Source: Gammaproteobacteria bacterium (GTDB taxonomy: Bacteria; Pseudomonadota; Gammaproteobacteria; Burkholderiales; Rhodocyclaceae). From it: 64,000 bases of DNA. The stretch's first letter is position 1. The number at the start of each line of letters is the position of its first letter. The notes below the pieces were generated by a model. The model was not told the DNA's origin, searched no databases, and worked only from the letters and a program-made list of their open reading frames with translations. Positions 10,761 through 20,193 of the stretch are shown one piece after another. The position numbers were made by a program, and so were the translations under genes. The DNA lies in assembly GCA_038322845.1 (NCBI GenBank), contig JBBQGH010000003.1, positions 2,130-66,129 of the forward strand. The letters are read 5' to 3'.

Positions 10761-11852
10761 TCAGCGCACCGCCGAGGCCAACAATTCGTCGCAGGCCGCC
10801 GCAACGCGCGCCACCGGCAGCGTGGTGAGACATTCCGAAATCTTGCCGCCGCCGCAGCCGTCAATGCCGCAAGGGCGGCAAGCATGCGCGTCGCTGGTGA
10901 CAACGCGATTGGGCACGCCCCACGGCGCCCATTCCAATTCACCGGAAGGGCCGAACAGCGCCACCACTGGCGTTCCGACGGCGGCGGCGATATGCATCGG
11001 CGCAGAATCCACACCGACGAAGAGCGCGGCGCGAGCCGACAAAGCGGCGAGTTCCTTAAGGCTGAGCTGACCGGACAGATCGACCACTGGCACCGGCGCC
11101 TTATGCAATATCGCAGCGACGAATTCCCGCTCACGGGCATCCGGCGCGCAGGTCACCACCACGCGCCGACCGGTGACCTGCCAGCGCTGCAACAACTCGG
11201 CATTTTTTTCCACCGTCCAACATTTGAACTGCCAGCGCGAGGCAGGATGGAAATGGATGAAACCGCCCGTGGCAAGCTGGTGATCGGCCAGCAGCGCCGC
11301 TATGCGGGCATCCGCCTCTGCGCCCGGCACCAGCACCAGCCGGCGTTCATCCGCATCCGGCTGCACACCGACGCGACGCAAGGCATCAAGATTGAGTTCG
11401 ACGGTATGGCGGCGTGCGTTGAGGGGATGGCTATAGAGATGCGTAAAACTACGGCGCCAGAAGCTCGGCTTGCCGCGCATGGCGCGCGCCACGCCATAGC
11501 GCGCGCCAAGAAGGCGCGTCAGCCAGGCACCGCGCGGATGTTCGGTGAGATGGATCACCAGATCGTAGTCGCGCGCGCGCAGGCGGCGAAACAGGCCAAA
11601 TTCCGCAGCTGCCTGAGCGAAGATGCCGCGCTTCTTCCAGTCACGATCGATGGTATGCACCTGCGCGATATCCGGATGCAGCGTCAGCATGGCGGCAGTG
11701 TCGGCATACACCAGCGCGTCGATCTCAATCTGCGGCGCATGCCGCTTCAATACGCTGATCACCGGCGAGGTCAGCAAGACATCGCCGTGATGTCGCAGCT
11801 TGATCACCAGCACGCGGCGCAAGTCGGCGAGGGGAATGGCGTCCGAGAGCAT
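10761..11852 (-). CDS. waaQ: LPS core heptosyltransferase RfaQ/WaaQ-like (GT9)
   Basis: LVIKLRHHGDVLLTSP, HPASRWQFKCW and GVDSAPMHIAAA motifs. Confidence 0.85.
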   Translation of the reverse strand: MLSDAIPLADLRRVLVIKLRHHGDVLLTSPVISVLKRHAPQIEIDALVYADTAAMLTLHPDIAQVHTIDRDWKKRGIFAQAAAEFGLFRRLRARDYDLVIHLTEHPRGAWLTRLLGARYGVARAMRGKPSFWRRSFTHLYSHPLNARRHTVELNLDALRRVGVQPDADERRLVLVPGAEADARIAALLADHQLATGGFIHFHPASRWQFKCWTVEKNAELLQRWQVTGRRVVVTCAPDAREREFVAAILHKAPVPVVDLSGQLSLKELAALSARAALFVGVDSAPMHIAAAVGTPVVALFGPSGELEWAPWGVPNRVVTSDAHACRPCGIDGCGGGKISECLTTLPVARVAAACDELLASAVR

Positions 11853-11933
11853 GGCGCGCACGATAGCAAACTTCTGCGCGAAAAAGAAATATCCGAGATA
11901 AGTTCCGCTACGTTGGCGCGGTAAAATTGCGAC

Positions 11934-12818
11934 ATGGCGACCCGACGCATCCATCACGCTCTTGCCATTTTTTTAGCTTTGCTGCTGCTGAATACGCAGC
12001 CAGTGTGTGCCGCTGCCATTAGCGTGCGCGACGACAGCGGGCACGAAGTACGAATGGCGCAGCCGGCGACGCGCATAGTCAGCCTCGCGCCCCATGCCAC
12101 CGAATTGCTCTTCGCCGCCGGCGCCGGCGCGCGCGTGGTGGCGGTGGCGGCTTGGAGCGACTTTCCGCCCGAGGCGGCGAAGCTGCCGCAAGTCGGCGAC
12201 GCGCACGCGCTGGACATCGAGCGCATCATCGCGCTGCGCCCCGATCTGGTGGTCGCCTGGAGCAGTGGCAACAGCGCCTCGCAAATTGCCCAACTCGAAG
12301 CGCGCGGCATCGCCGTTTTCCGCAGCGATCCACAGCGTGTGGAAGAGGTGGCGACCAATCTCGAAAGGCTGGGCGCGCTGGCCGGTACGGATACCACCGC
12401 AGTGCTGGCGGCGCGGCGTTTTCGCGAAGGCTTTGCCGAACTCGCGCGCAGCCATGCCGGACGCACACCCGTGAAACTCTTCTACGAAATCTGGGGCGAG
12501 CCGCTGATGACGTTCAACGACAAGCACATCGTCAGCGACGTGATGCGCCTGTGCGGCGCACGCAATGTCTTTGGCGATTCGCCGCTGCTTACGCCCACCG
12601 TACCAGTGGAAGCCGTCATCAACGCCGCGCCCGATCTCATCATCAGCGGCACCGGCGTGGAAGTGCTGGAAGCCTGGCGCGGCTGGCCACAAATTCCCGC
12701 CGTGAAAAACGCCAAGCTCTGCACTGTCGACCCCGCCCACATGCATCGCGCCGGCCCGCGCCTGCTCGAAGGCGCGCGGGAGTTGTGCAAATGCGTTGAT
12801 GCGGCGCGGGGAAAGTAA
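11934..12818 (+). CDS. btuF: Cobalamin-binding periplasmic protein (BtuF-like)
   Basis: Signal peptide; RIVSLAPHATELLFAAGAG and ERIIALRPDLV; adjacent to the B12 uptake genes. Confidence 0.85.
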   Translation: MATRRIHHALAIFLALLLLNTQPVCAAAISVRDDSGHEVRMAQPATRIVSLAPHATELLFAAGAGARVVAVAAWSDFPPEAAKLPQVGDAHALDIERIIALRPDLVVAWSSGNSASQIAQLEARGIAVFRSDPQRVEEVATNLERLGALAGTDTTAVLAARRFREGFAELARSHAGRTPVKLFYEIWGEPLMTFNDKHIVSDVMRLCGARNVFGDSPLLTPTVPVEAVINAAPDLIISGTGVEVLEAWRGWPQIPAVKNAKLCTVDPAHMHRAGPRLLEGARELCKCVDAARGK

Positions 12819-12944
12819 AAGACTCGAAAGCCATTACCAAAAATGTAATTCCATGTGAACGAACGTCCCACAGAGATGGTCATTGGGGCGTAGTCGTTTA
12901 GAATACTTCCGTCATTTCATCAATAACCCGCTGCGAGGAAACCC

Positions 12945-14441
12945 ATGCGTTTGGTCACCTTGTTTTTCGGCCTGCAGTTGGTTGCACTTGGGGCCAGTGC
13001 GAATTTCGACGCGGCGATGAAGCTCTACCAGAACAAGGACTACGAGCACGCATTCTTCGCATTCAATCGTATGGCAGAAATTGGCGACCATGCGTCGCAA
13101 TTCAATGTTGGAATCATGCATTTCCGCGGCGAAAGCGTACAGCGGGACTCGATCGTGGCCTATTCCTGGATGGCTTTGGCCAGCCAGAAGGGCGACGAAA
13201 ACTGGGCCAAGATGCGTGACAAGCTGTTTGCCTCTTTGTCCGAGGGGGAGAAAGCCAAGGCGGTATCGGTCAGGGAAACTCTATTTTCCAGACTGTCTGA
13301 TGCTGTTCTCGAGAAACAGATGGCTCCCGAGGTGATTTCCCGTGGCAGTGCCACTTCAGTGAAATTAAAGAAATCGGTCGCGCCGAAGTACCCACAAGGC
13401 GTACGCGATCGCGGCGAAGACGGTTGGGTGGATATTGCCTTTACGGTTGTTGCGGACGGCACAACAAGAAATCACTCGATTATCTCTGCCACTGACCTCG
13501 AATTCACAACTAGCGCATTGAAGTCCCTTAAGCAATGGCGGTTCGAACCCCGCGTTGTCCGCAACACAGCTGTGGCGCAGTATGGCGTAATTCATCGGGT
13601 GCTTTTTCGCATTGCGGACACCGAATATCGCCAGCAAAGCATCGAAAAGCTCGCTCAAGAGCTGCGCAACAAGGCAGAAAATGGAAACCCGGCCGAGTTG
13701 TACGAGTACGCATCGACCCTACAACGTTTGGCGAGTCTTAGTGGCGTTGATTTAACGAAATACAAAGTAGACCGCTGGTTCAATAGGGCGGCTGAAGCTG
13801 GCTATGGCCCGGCCCAATTCGCACTTGCGCAGGGGATGTTTTACGCCAGCGACCTGGCGTGCAAAGGTGAACCGGAAGTCGCATTGAAATGGCTCTTACG
13901 CGCCGCAAAAGGCGGGCAGACCGATGCACAGAATCTTCTCGCCTACGAATTACTGAGCGGCGTGCGGCTACGGCAAAATGTAACTGCCGCCATTAAGTTG
14001 CTGGAGCGCGCCTCTATGGGAAACAACTTGAGCGCACGTCTGCAGCTTGCTTGGATTTTTGCTACCACGCCTGACGACAATTTGCGGAACAGTAAAGCCG
14101 CCAAATACTACGTCGACATGGTTCCAGATAACTATCTCGATCACCTCACCTTGTTTGAGGTCAGGGCGGCAGTTGTCGCCGCCAACGACAATTTTTCGGA
14201 TGCTGTTCTCTGGCAGAACAAAGCGCTTGACGAAGCGAGCCGCTACGACCTGCCCAAAGATACTGTCAGCGACCGACTCAAAGCGTACCAAGCGCAGAAA
14301 TCTTGGACAGAGCCGGCAACGACACCCCCACCGATTGCTGACGAAAAACCTGCAAACTGTCTGCCGGTTGGCGCAAAGGGGCACTGCGCAACAAACTCCG
14401 AGGAATGTCGCGCCCTGGAGCAGGTCAATTCCGCGCAATGA
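12945..14441 (+). CDS. Secreted Sel1-repeat protein with a central TonB C-terminal-like domain
   Basis: Signal peptide; Sel1-like repeats (ASQFNVGIMHFRGESVQRDSIVAYSW; AQFALAQGMF; AQNLLAYELLSG); TonB_C-like segment PKYPQGVRDRGEDGWVDIAFTVVADG...LKQWRFEP. Confidence 0.7.
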   Translation: MRLVTLFFGLQLVALGASANFDAAMKLYQNKDYEHAFFAFNRMAEIGDHASQFNVGIMHFRGESVQRDSIVAYSWMALASQKGDENWAKMRDKLFASLSEGEKAKAVSVRETLFSRLSDAVLEKQMAPEVISRGSATSVKLKKSVAPKYPQGVRDRGEDGWVDIAFTVVADGTTRNHSIISATDLEFTTSALKSLKQWRFEPRVVRNTAVAQYGVIHRVLFRIADTEYRQQSIEKLAQELRNKAENGNPAELYEYASTLQRLASLSGVDLTKYKVDRWFNRAAEAGYGPAQFALAQGMFYASDLACKGEPEVALKWLLRAAKGGQTDAQNLLAYELLSGVRLRQNVTAAIKLLERASMGNNLSARLQLAWIFATTPDDNLRNSKAAKYYVDMVPDNYLDHLTLFEVRAAVVAANDNFSDAVLWQNKALDEASRYDLPKDTVSDRLKAYQAQKSWTEPATTPPPIADEKPANCLPVGAKGHCATNSEECRALEQVNSAQ

Positions 14442-14490
14442 AGGCTGGACTTGTGCGGATGGCGAAGGTTAAAGCTACTAAGGAGGTGTC

Positions 14491-15066
14491 ATGTTCCGAC
14501 CACTGCTAGTCTTTCTCCCGGTGTTTCTCTCCGCGTGCGCTTCACTGAGCATCTCACCGATTCTCGTTGCACCAACGACTACGGGGAGGCCAGACGCTGT
14601 CATAAGGATTGACGCGCGTCCTGGGGAGTATCGGAAATATGGCACAACATTTGACCAGTCTGGCAAGCTCCCAACCCCGGTGCGTTTCGAATTTACCTTC
14701 CTAAAGCTCCAGCCAGCGGCAAAGTGGGAGCCGAATCTTGCCTTGTGCTTCCTGGCCGACAAAAACGTCTCCACGACGTGTATCAGCTTCAGAATCAATC
14801 GAGCGACTCCCTCGCAGCTGGAATCACGGGTTTTCTACAACACCAACGCTGACTCACCGACCGAATCGAAGCCCCTACCAGTCGTGCTGTCGTCATCTGG
14901 CACAAACAGTGTCGATGTCACTTTTACCGAGCAACTGGTGATCTTTAAGCTAAACAACATGATTGTGCACCAACAACCAGTAGCGCACGCACCTAACGCC
15001 CTTTCCATGAGCTGTTCATCTGCGGTTTGCGAAATAGCCATCTATGATCCGCCTGATCGCCCTTAA
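14491..15066 (+). CDS. Hypothetical lipoprotein, beta-rich
   Basis: Strong SD AGGAGGTG before the ATG; lipobox LSAC at residues 13-16. Confidence 0.65.
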   Translation: MFRPLLVFLPVFLSACASLSISPILVAPTTTGRPDAVIRIDARPGEYRKYGTTFDQSGKLPTPVRFEFTFLKLQPAAKWEPNLALCFLADKNVSTTCISFRINRATPSQLESRVFYNTNADSPTESKPLPVVLSSSGTNSVDVTFTEQLVIFKLNNMIVHQQPVAHAPNALSMSCSSAVCEIAIYDPPDRP

Positions 15067-15092
15067 TATCCTCGGTTCCGAGGCCATGCGCT

Positions 15093-15285
15093 TCAAGCCG
15101 GCAAAAAGCACATCCCTTCCGGCGTGTCGTGCGCCAGCATGCGGTGGCAATAAAGGCGGCTTAGATTTTCTGCGGTGAGTAGCACTTCGCGCGTGCCGAA
15201 GCGGGCTTCGCCGTTGCCGTAGAGCAGCAGCACGTGGCTGCAATAACGCGCGGCGAGATTGGGTTCGTGCAGGGTCATCGCCGCG
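15093..15285 (-). pseudogene. Orphan duplicate of the 3' end of the B12 ABC ATPase gene
   Basis: 193-bp direct repeat of 15944-16136 (15 mismatches by hand alignment), including the stop codon; no N-terminal part present. Confidence 0.85.
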
Positions 15286-15388
15286 ATACGTCACGGGCTC
15301 GATATTCTCTGGCGGCGAAATCGAGCGGCAAGACCTGAACCCGTTGTGGTGCGTTACAATTCCGCTCGTTCACCCTCGGAGATCAATC

Positions 15389-15598
15389 ATGAATTTCACC
15401 ATCGAGTGCGAGGAAGAGGTTGATGGCCGCTGGCTTGCCGAAGTGCCGCAGCTTCCCGGTGTCCTGTGCTACGGGAAAACGGCCGATGAAGCGATGGCAA
15501 AAGCCGAAGTGCTTGCCCTTCGTGCTATGGCCGAGCGCCTTGAGCAAAGTGAATCCCGTCCTGTCGAAATCAAGATTTCTCTTCCCCTCGCCGCATGA
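15389..15598 (+). CDS. hicB: HicB-like antitoxin (short form)
   Basis: FTIECEEEVDGRWLAEVPQLPGVLCYGKTADEAMAKAE matches the HicB N-domain pattern; ATGA overlap with hicA. Confidence 0.85.
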   Translation: MNFTIECEEEVDGRWLAEVPQLPGVLCYGKTADEAMAKAEVLALRAMAERLEQSESRPVEIKISLPLAA

Positions 15599-15807
15599 GT
15601 CAATGGCCGTCAGTCAAGGCCAAACGACTACTTTCGGTTCTATTTGGCCTTGGTTGGAAACTGAAACGGCAATCGGGTTCGCATCGCACCCTGTCACGCG
15701 AAGGATGGCCGGACGTTGTCTTCGCTTTTCACGACAGCGAAGAAATTGGCCCACGCATGCTTGCCCGTATCGCAAAACACACATGCATTACGCCTAAAGA
15801 CCTGTAA
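15595..15807 (+). CDS. hicA: HicA family mRNA interferase toxin
   Basis: LGWKLKRQSGSHRTL (GSH catalytic motif) and FHDSEEIGPRMLARI. Confidence 0.87.
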   Translation: MSQWPSVKAKRLLSVLFGLGWKLKRQSGSHRTLSREGWPDVVFAFHDSEEIGPRMLARIAKHTCITPKDL

Positions 15808-15943
15808 TTCTGCTGGTACACAAAGCGCCGCCGAGGCCGTCGCTCGACTGGCCGCTGCGCCGCAAAGTGGCTCACGCCTCTCACGAAAAACCGATTGCGG
15901 TTAACGCGTTCTGCCTTTTGTTCCCTTTGTGCCGCCTCTTTCC

Positions 15944-16726
15944 TCAACTCGGCAAAAAGCACATCCCCTCCGCCGTCTCGTGCGCCAGCATACGGTGGCA
16001 ATAAAGGCGGCTTAGATTTTCTGCGGTGAGTAGCGCCTCGCGCGTCCCATAGCGGGCTTCGCCGTTGCCGTAGAGCAGCAGCACGTGGCTGCAATAGCGG
16101 GCGGCGAGATTGGGCTCGTGCAGGGTCATCACCGCGGTGCGATTGCGTTCGCGGCATTCTTGCGCGATGAGATCGAGCAGCAGGATTTGATGGTGTGGGT
16201 CGAGGTGGTTCACCGGCTCGTCGAGCAGATAGAGTTGCGGCGACTGCGCCAAGAGCGTCGCCAGCGCGAGGCGGCGACGCTCGCCGCCGGAGAGGGTGGC
16301 ACAATCGCGTTCTTCGAGCGTCGCCAGATCGACGCGCGCCAGGGCGTCGCGCGCGAGGGCCATGTCTGCGCGGCTTTCCCAACCCCAGCTTGATTGATAC
16401 GGGTGGCGGCCGGCCAGCGCGGCTTCCAGCACGGTGAGGGGGAAGGGGTCGTGCGTGTCTTGCGGCATGAGGCCGCGCACGCGGGCCAGCTCGCGGCCGC
16501 GCCAGTCTTCGAGCGGCTTGCCGTCGATAGTGAGATTGCCGCTGTCGGCCTGGCGAAGGCCCGCCAGCGTGAGCAACAGCGTGGTCTTGCCGATGCCGTT
16601 CATGCCGAGGATACCCAGGCAGGCACCGCGCGTGAGCGCCATGTCCAGCGCGGCGCAGACGGATTTTCCGCCTATGGCCACGGTGAGATTTTCGGTTTGC
16701 AGGATGGTGCTCACGGCCCTATTCAT
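15944..16726 (-). CDS. Cobalamin/iron ABC transporter ATP-binding protein (BtuD/FecE-like)
   Basis: Walker A GMNGIGKT, LSGGERRR and LLDEPVNHLD; ATGA overlap with the permease. Confidence 0.88.
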   Translation of the reverse strand: MNRAVSTILQTENLTVAIGGKSVCAALDMALTRGACLGILGMNGIGKTTLLLTLAGLRQADSGNLTIDGKPLEDWRGRELARVRGLMPQDTHDPFPLTVLEAALAGRHPYQSSWGWESRADMALARDALARVDLATLEERDCATLSGGERRRLALATLLAQSPQLYLLDEPVNHLDPHHQILLLDLIAQECRERNRTAVMTLHEPNLAARYCSHVLLLYGNGEARYGTREALLTAENLSRLYCHRMLAHETAEGMCFLPS

Positions 16727-17679
16727 CGCCGCGCCATGAGGTAGAGAAACAGCGGCACGCCCAGCGCCGCCGTGAGTGCGCCCACGGGCAATTGCGCCGG
16801 TGCGATGACGGTGCGCGCGGCGGTATCGGCCAGCGTGAGCAGCGCGCCGCCCATCAGCGCCGCGCCGGGCAGGAGCAGGCGCTGGTCGTTGCCCAGGGCC
16901 ATGCGCGCTATGTGTGGTGCGAGCAGGCCGACGAAGCCGATGGTGCCGGCGCTGGTGACAGCCACGGCCGCGCAGGCCGAGGCGGCGAAATACAGCAGCC
17001 GTCGCAACCGGGCGACCGGCACACCGAGGGCGCGCGCCGTCAGATCGCCTTGCGCGAGGATGTTGAGACTGCCGCCCCAAGGCAGACACAGCGCCAGCAT
17101 CGCCACCAAGGTCGCCAGCGCCAGCCACGGAAAGCCCGCCGTGCCCAGATCGCCCATGAGCCAGAACAGCATGCCGCGCAGCCGCGCATCGGGCGCCAGC
17201 ACGAGCAGTAGCGAGATCGCCGCGCCCCAGCCGGCCGCCACCACCACGCCGGTGAGTAAGAGGCGCGCATGGGTGAAACTGTAGTCCCCGCGCGCCAGAG
17301 TGAAGACGAGAAATACCGAGAACAAGGCGCCGCCCAGCGCTGCGCCGGAAACAATAAGACCGGCCGCGCCGAGCATGAGCGCACCCAGCGCCGCCACCGC
17401 CGCCCCGCCCGAGAGGCCCAGTACATAAGGGTCTGCGAGGGGATTGCGGAGGAGGATTTGCATCAGCGCACCAGAGAGCGCCAGCAGCGCGCCGACGGCA
17501 AAAGCGGACAGCGCGCGCGGCAGACGCAGCTCGAACAGGATGGTGCGCGTGGTGGGATCGCTATCGCGCAACAACGCCGACCAGTCGAGCGTGACGCTGC
17601 CGCACACCACGGCGAGCAGGACGCTCGCTAAAGCGATGAGGAGCAGGATCAGCAGACTGGTCAGCGCGCCGCGTTTCAT
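16723..17679 (-). CDS. Cobalamin/iron ABC transporter permease (FecCD/BtuC family)
   Basis: ELRLPRAL, LLRNPLADPYVLG and GTIGFVGLLAPH motifs. Confidence 0.9.
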   Translation of the reverse strand: MKRGALTSLLILLLIALASVLLAVVCGSVTLDWSALLRDSDPTTRTILFELRLPRALSAFAVGALLALSGALMQILLRNPLADPYVLGLSGGAAVAALGALMLGAAGLIVSGAALGGALFSVFLVFTLARGDYSFTHARLLLTGVVVAAGWGAAISLLLVLAPDARLRGMLFWLMGDLGTAGFPWLALATLVAMLALCLPWGGSLNILAQGDLTARALGVPVARLRRLLYFAASACAAVAVTSAGTIGFVGLLAPHIARMALGNDQRLLLPGAALMGGALLTLADTAARTVIAPAQLPVGALTAALGVPLFLYLMARR

Positions 17680-17725
17680 GTCGTGCTTATTGAGCCTTCC
17701 ATAAGTCGCGACACTTACCGCAAAT

Positions 17726-17775
17726 CCGTTCGCCCTGAGTTTGTCGAAGGGCTTCGACGGGCTCAGCCCGAACGG
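17726..17775. repeat. REP-like imperfect palindrome
   Basis: CCGTTCGCCCTGAGTTTGTCGAAG-GG-CTTCGACGGGCTCAGCCCGAACGG; the arms are inverted repeats. Confidence 0.75.
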
Positions 17776-17834
17776 TGTTCGTCATGAATTTCTGAAACAT
17801 CAATAACTCGGCACGGAGCGTGAAATACCTTGTG

Positions 17835-17956
17835 GCCGCGGATGACGCGGAGAAGCGCGGATGATGTTGAAGAAAGCCAGCGCAGGCTGCCCTTTGACGA
17901 TCTCACATTGCTGTGCAGGCCTCGGCCTTGGCATGTCATCCGTGTTCATCCGTGGC
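17835..17956. repeat. 9-nt-period inverted-array element, degenerate copy
   Basis: Left GCCGCGGATGACGCGGAGAAGCGCGGATG; right CATCCGTGTTCATCCGTGGC. Confidence 0.6.
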
Positions 17957-17964
17957 AAAAAATA

Positions 17965-20040
17965 TTATTTGAATCGATACTCCAACGTCATCATGGCATT
18001 GCGCTCTGGCAAGGGATAGGCATTGTAGCGGCCGGGGGTGAAGGCGCTCTTGACGGCGTAGTTGTAGTACTTGCGGTCGAAGAGGTTGTTCGCGGCGAGC
18101 GCAAGAGTGAAATCACCGACGTCATGGCTCAGCTTGAGATCCGTCACCGTGTAGGACGGGATCATGATGCCCAGGTCGTTGGCTTCGTCGTTATCCATGT
18201 ACTGGCGACCGACGTGGTTCACCGCGAGCGTCAAGCGGGTTTGCAGCTGCATGAGCCAGGAAGCACCGAGATTCAGCTTGTGGCGCGGCACCAGCGGCAC
18301 CGTCTTGCCTTCGATGACATTGTTGGACAGCGCGAAACCGCCGCCGACAAACTCGCCGCCGCGAAAGCGCGCCTGCGTGTAAGTGTAGGCGGCATTGAGC
18401 GTGAGGGCTTGGCTGGCCTGTGTCTTGGCTTCCAGTTCCAGCCCGCGACGCCGCGAGGGCGGCAGATTGGTGTTGCCCACGCCCGAGGTGAAGGGATCGA
18501 GATGAATCTCGTCCGTCATATCGGTGACGAAGAGACTGGCCTGAACCTGGGTCGCGCCCTGACGATAGTCGATGCCGATTTCGCGGGTGTTGGCAGTCTG
18601 CGCCTTCAAGAGCTGGAACTCGTTGCTGAACATGGCCGACTGTTCGTAGATTTCGTCCACATTGGCGAATCGAAAACTGCGCGCGAATTTGCCGATCAAG
18701 GCCCAGCTCGGTTGCCACTGGTAGCGCAGGCCCAGCTCAGCGGCATGCTGGTGTGCCGTCTGCGACGCGGTCGGCGCGCCAGAACCAAAAACGCCACCCG
18801 GTGCGGCGGGGTCATAACTGTCGGTCGCGCCGATGCTCTGGCGCTCGGCGCGGGCGCCGGCGAGGAGGCTCAGGCTATCGGTGATCTGCGAGATGTCCTG
18901 CGCATAGAAGCCGGTGTTGTATTGCGTGGCGTTGATGCGGGTGTATGGCTGGTTGCTGTGCGAGGGCTGATCGGAGATGCCGCGTTGATAGCGCCAGCGC
19001 TGCCAGTCCAGGCCTACCACCAGATTGCCTGGACCGCCGAACAGAGTGTGCGCAATGCGGGCGCGCGGAGCGAGGGCCAGCATGTCCATATCCGTCTGGG
19101 TGTAGAGCGGAAAGCCGCTGAAATCGTAATAGGAGGTTTGCGGCCGATTGCGGTAGGACAGGTCGACATTGATTTCGCCAAAGGCCATGTTGTGGCTGTA
19201 TTCGAGCGCAGCGCGATTGCCATCTCGCGTGGCGTAATCCAGCGGCATCGCCGTGCCGCGCCGGTCCGTTTCGAGCAGGTTGATGCCCAGGCCGTTGTCC
19301 ACCAGGCGCGGGCCGGGCAGACGCACATTCTGCCTGTCGGCGCCCAGGCGCAGCCCGAATTGGGCGTTATCCATCGGCCAGCTCAGCTTGGTTTCGACGT
19401 TTGACTGGCGGTTGCGGTTGTTGTCGCGATAGCCGTTGCTGTCGTAATAGCTGGACACCACCGAGATGCCGAAGCGATCCCAGAATTTGTTGGCGTAGAG
19501 CTGCCCCTGGTAAGTGTCGTAGCTGCCGGCCGCTACGGAAAGCTGCGCCACATCGCCGATACGCGCGGGGGAACGGGTGATGATATTCACCACGCCGTTC
19601 GTCGCGCCGCCGCCGAATAGCACCGCGCCGCTACCGCGCAGTACTTCGATGCGTTCGATGGCCAGCATAGGAACCGCCGACCATTGCACGCCCGCCAAAT
19701 CAATATCGCTGATGCGGCGGCCATCCAACAACACCAGGGTATTCGAGCCGCCGGTCGCGCCTGAACCGCGCAGATCGATGCTGGCGCTCGCGGCGTTGTT
19801 GCCGAAAAGATCATGCACGACGATGCCGGCTTTTTCCGACACCAAATCGGGCACTGTCCTGGCGGCGCTATTGCGGCTGTCGTCCTGAGTGATGATGCTG
19901 ACGTTGAGCGGCTTGTCACGAAAGGTATCGGTAAAACGTGTGCCGGTAATGATCGTTTCATTGGTCTCCGCCAGTGCGGCGGAAACCAAAAACGAGGACA
20001 GCAGCGCGGGCAGCGCAATGCGCCGGATGAATGGATGCAT
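17965..20040 (-). CDS. btuB: TonB-dependent cobalamin receptor (BtuB-like)
   Basis: Signal peptide, TonB-box-like ETIITG, plug motif IERIEVLRGSGAVLFG, C-terminal YRF; preceded by a B12 riboswitch. Confidence 0.85.
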   Translation of the reverse strand: MHPFIRRIALPALLSSFLVSAALAETNETIITGTRFTDTFRDKPLNVSIITQDDSRNSAARTVPDLVSEKAGIVVHDLFGNNAASASIDLRGSGATGGSNTLVLLDGRRISDIDLAGVQWSAVPMLAIERIEVLRGSGAVLFGGGATNGVVNIITRSPARIGDVAQLSVAAGSYDTYQGQLYANKFWDRFGISVVSSYYDSNGYRDNNRNRQSNVETKLSWPMDNAQFGLRLGADRQNVRLPGPRLVDNGLGINLLETDRRGTAMPLDYATRDGNRAALEYSHNMAFGEINVDLSYRNRPQTSYYDFSGFPLYTQTDMDMLALAPRARIAHTLFGGPGNLVVGLDWQRWRYQRGISDQPSHSNQPYTRINATQYNTGFYAQDISQITDSLSLLAGARAERQSIGATDSYDPAAPGGVFGSGAPTASQTAHQHAAELGLRYQWQPSWALIGKFARSFRFANVDEIYEQSAMFSNEFQLLKAQTANTREIGIDYRQGATQVQASLFVTDMTDEIHLDPFTSGVGNTNLPPSRRRGLELEAKTQASQALTLNAAYTYTQARFRGGEFVGGGFALSNNVIEGKTVPLVPRHKLNLGASWLMQLQTRLTLAVNHVGRQYMDNDEANDLGIMIPSYTVTDLKLSHDVGDFTLALAANNLFDRKYYNYAVKSAFTPGRYNAYPLPERNAMMTLEYRFK

Positions 20041-20193
20041 GTAAGACTCCCTTTAAGCCGGCGCGCGTCCCCGCTGCCGGACTATGGCAAAAAAACGGAA
20101 CGCAGCAGGGGAGTCGAGATCGGTGTGGGCGAGTGCTAACTAAAAGGCCCATAGCCGGTCGCCACACCCCCGTGGCGTTTCCGTACGTGTCTA

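Noticed and set aside
15093-15278. 61-aa ORF as an independent small protein
   Set aside because: It is simply the in-frame tail of the duplicated ATPase end, with no SD or separate evidence of expression.
17830-19404. 524-aa plus-strand ORF
   Set aside because: Antisense shadow of btuB in high-GC DNA with no recognisable motifs. The same applies to the long antisense ORFs over rep (30112-31437), mrdA (40115-41434) and gshA (58451-59752).
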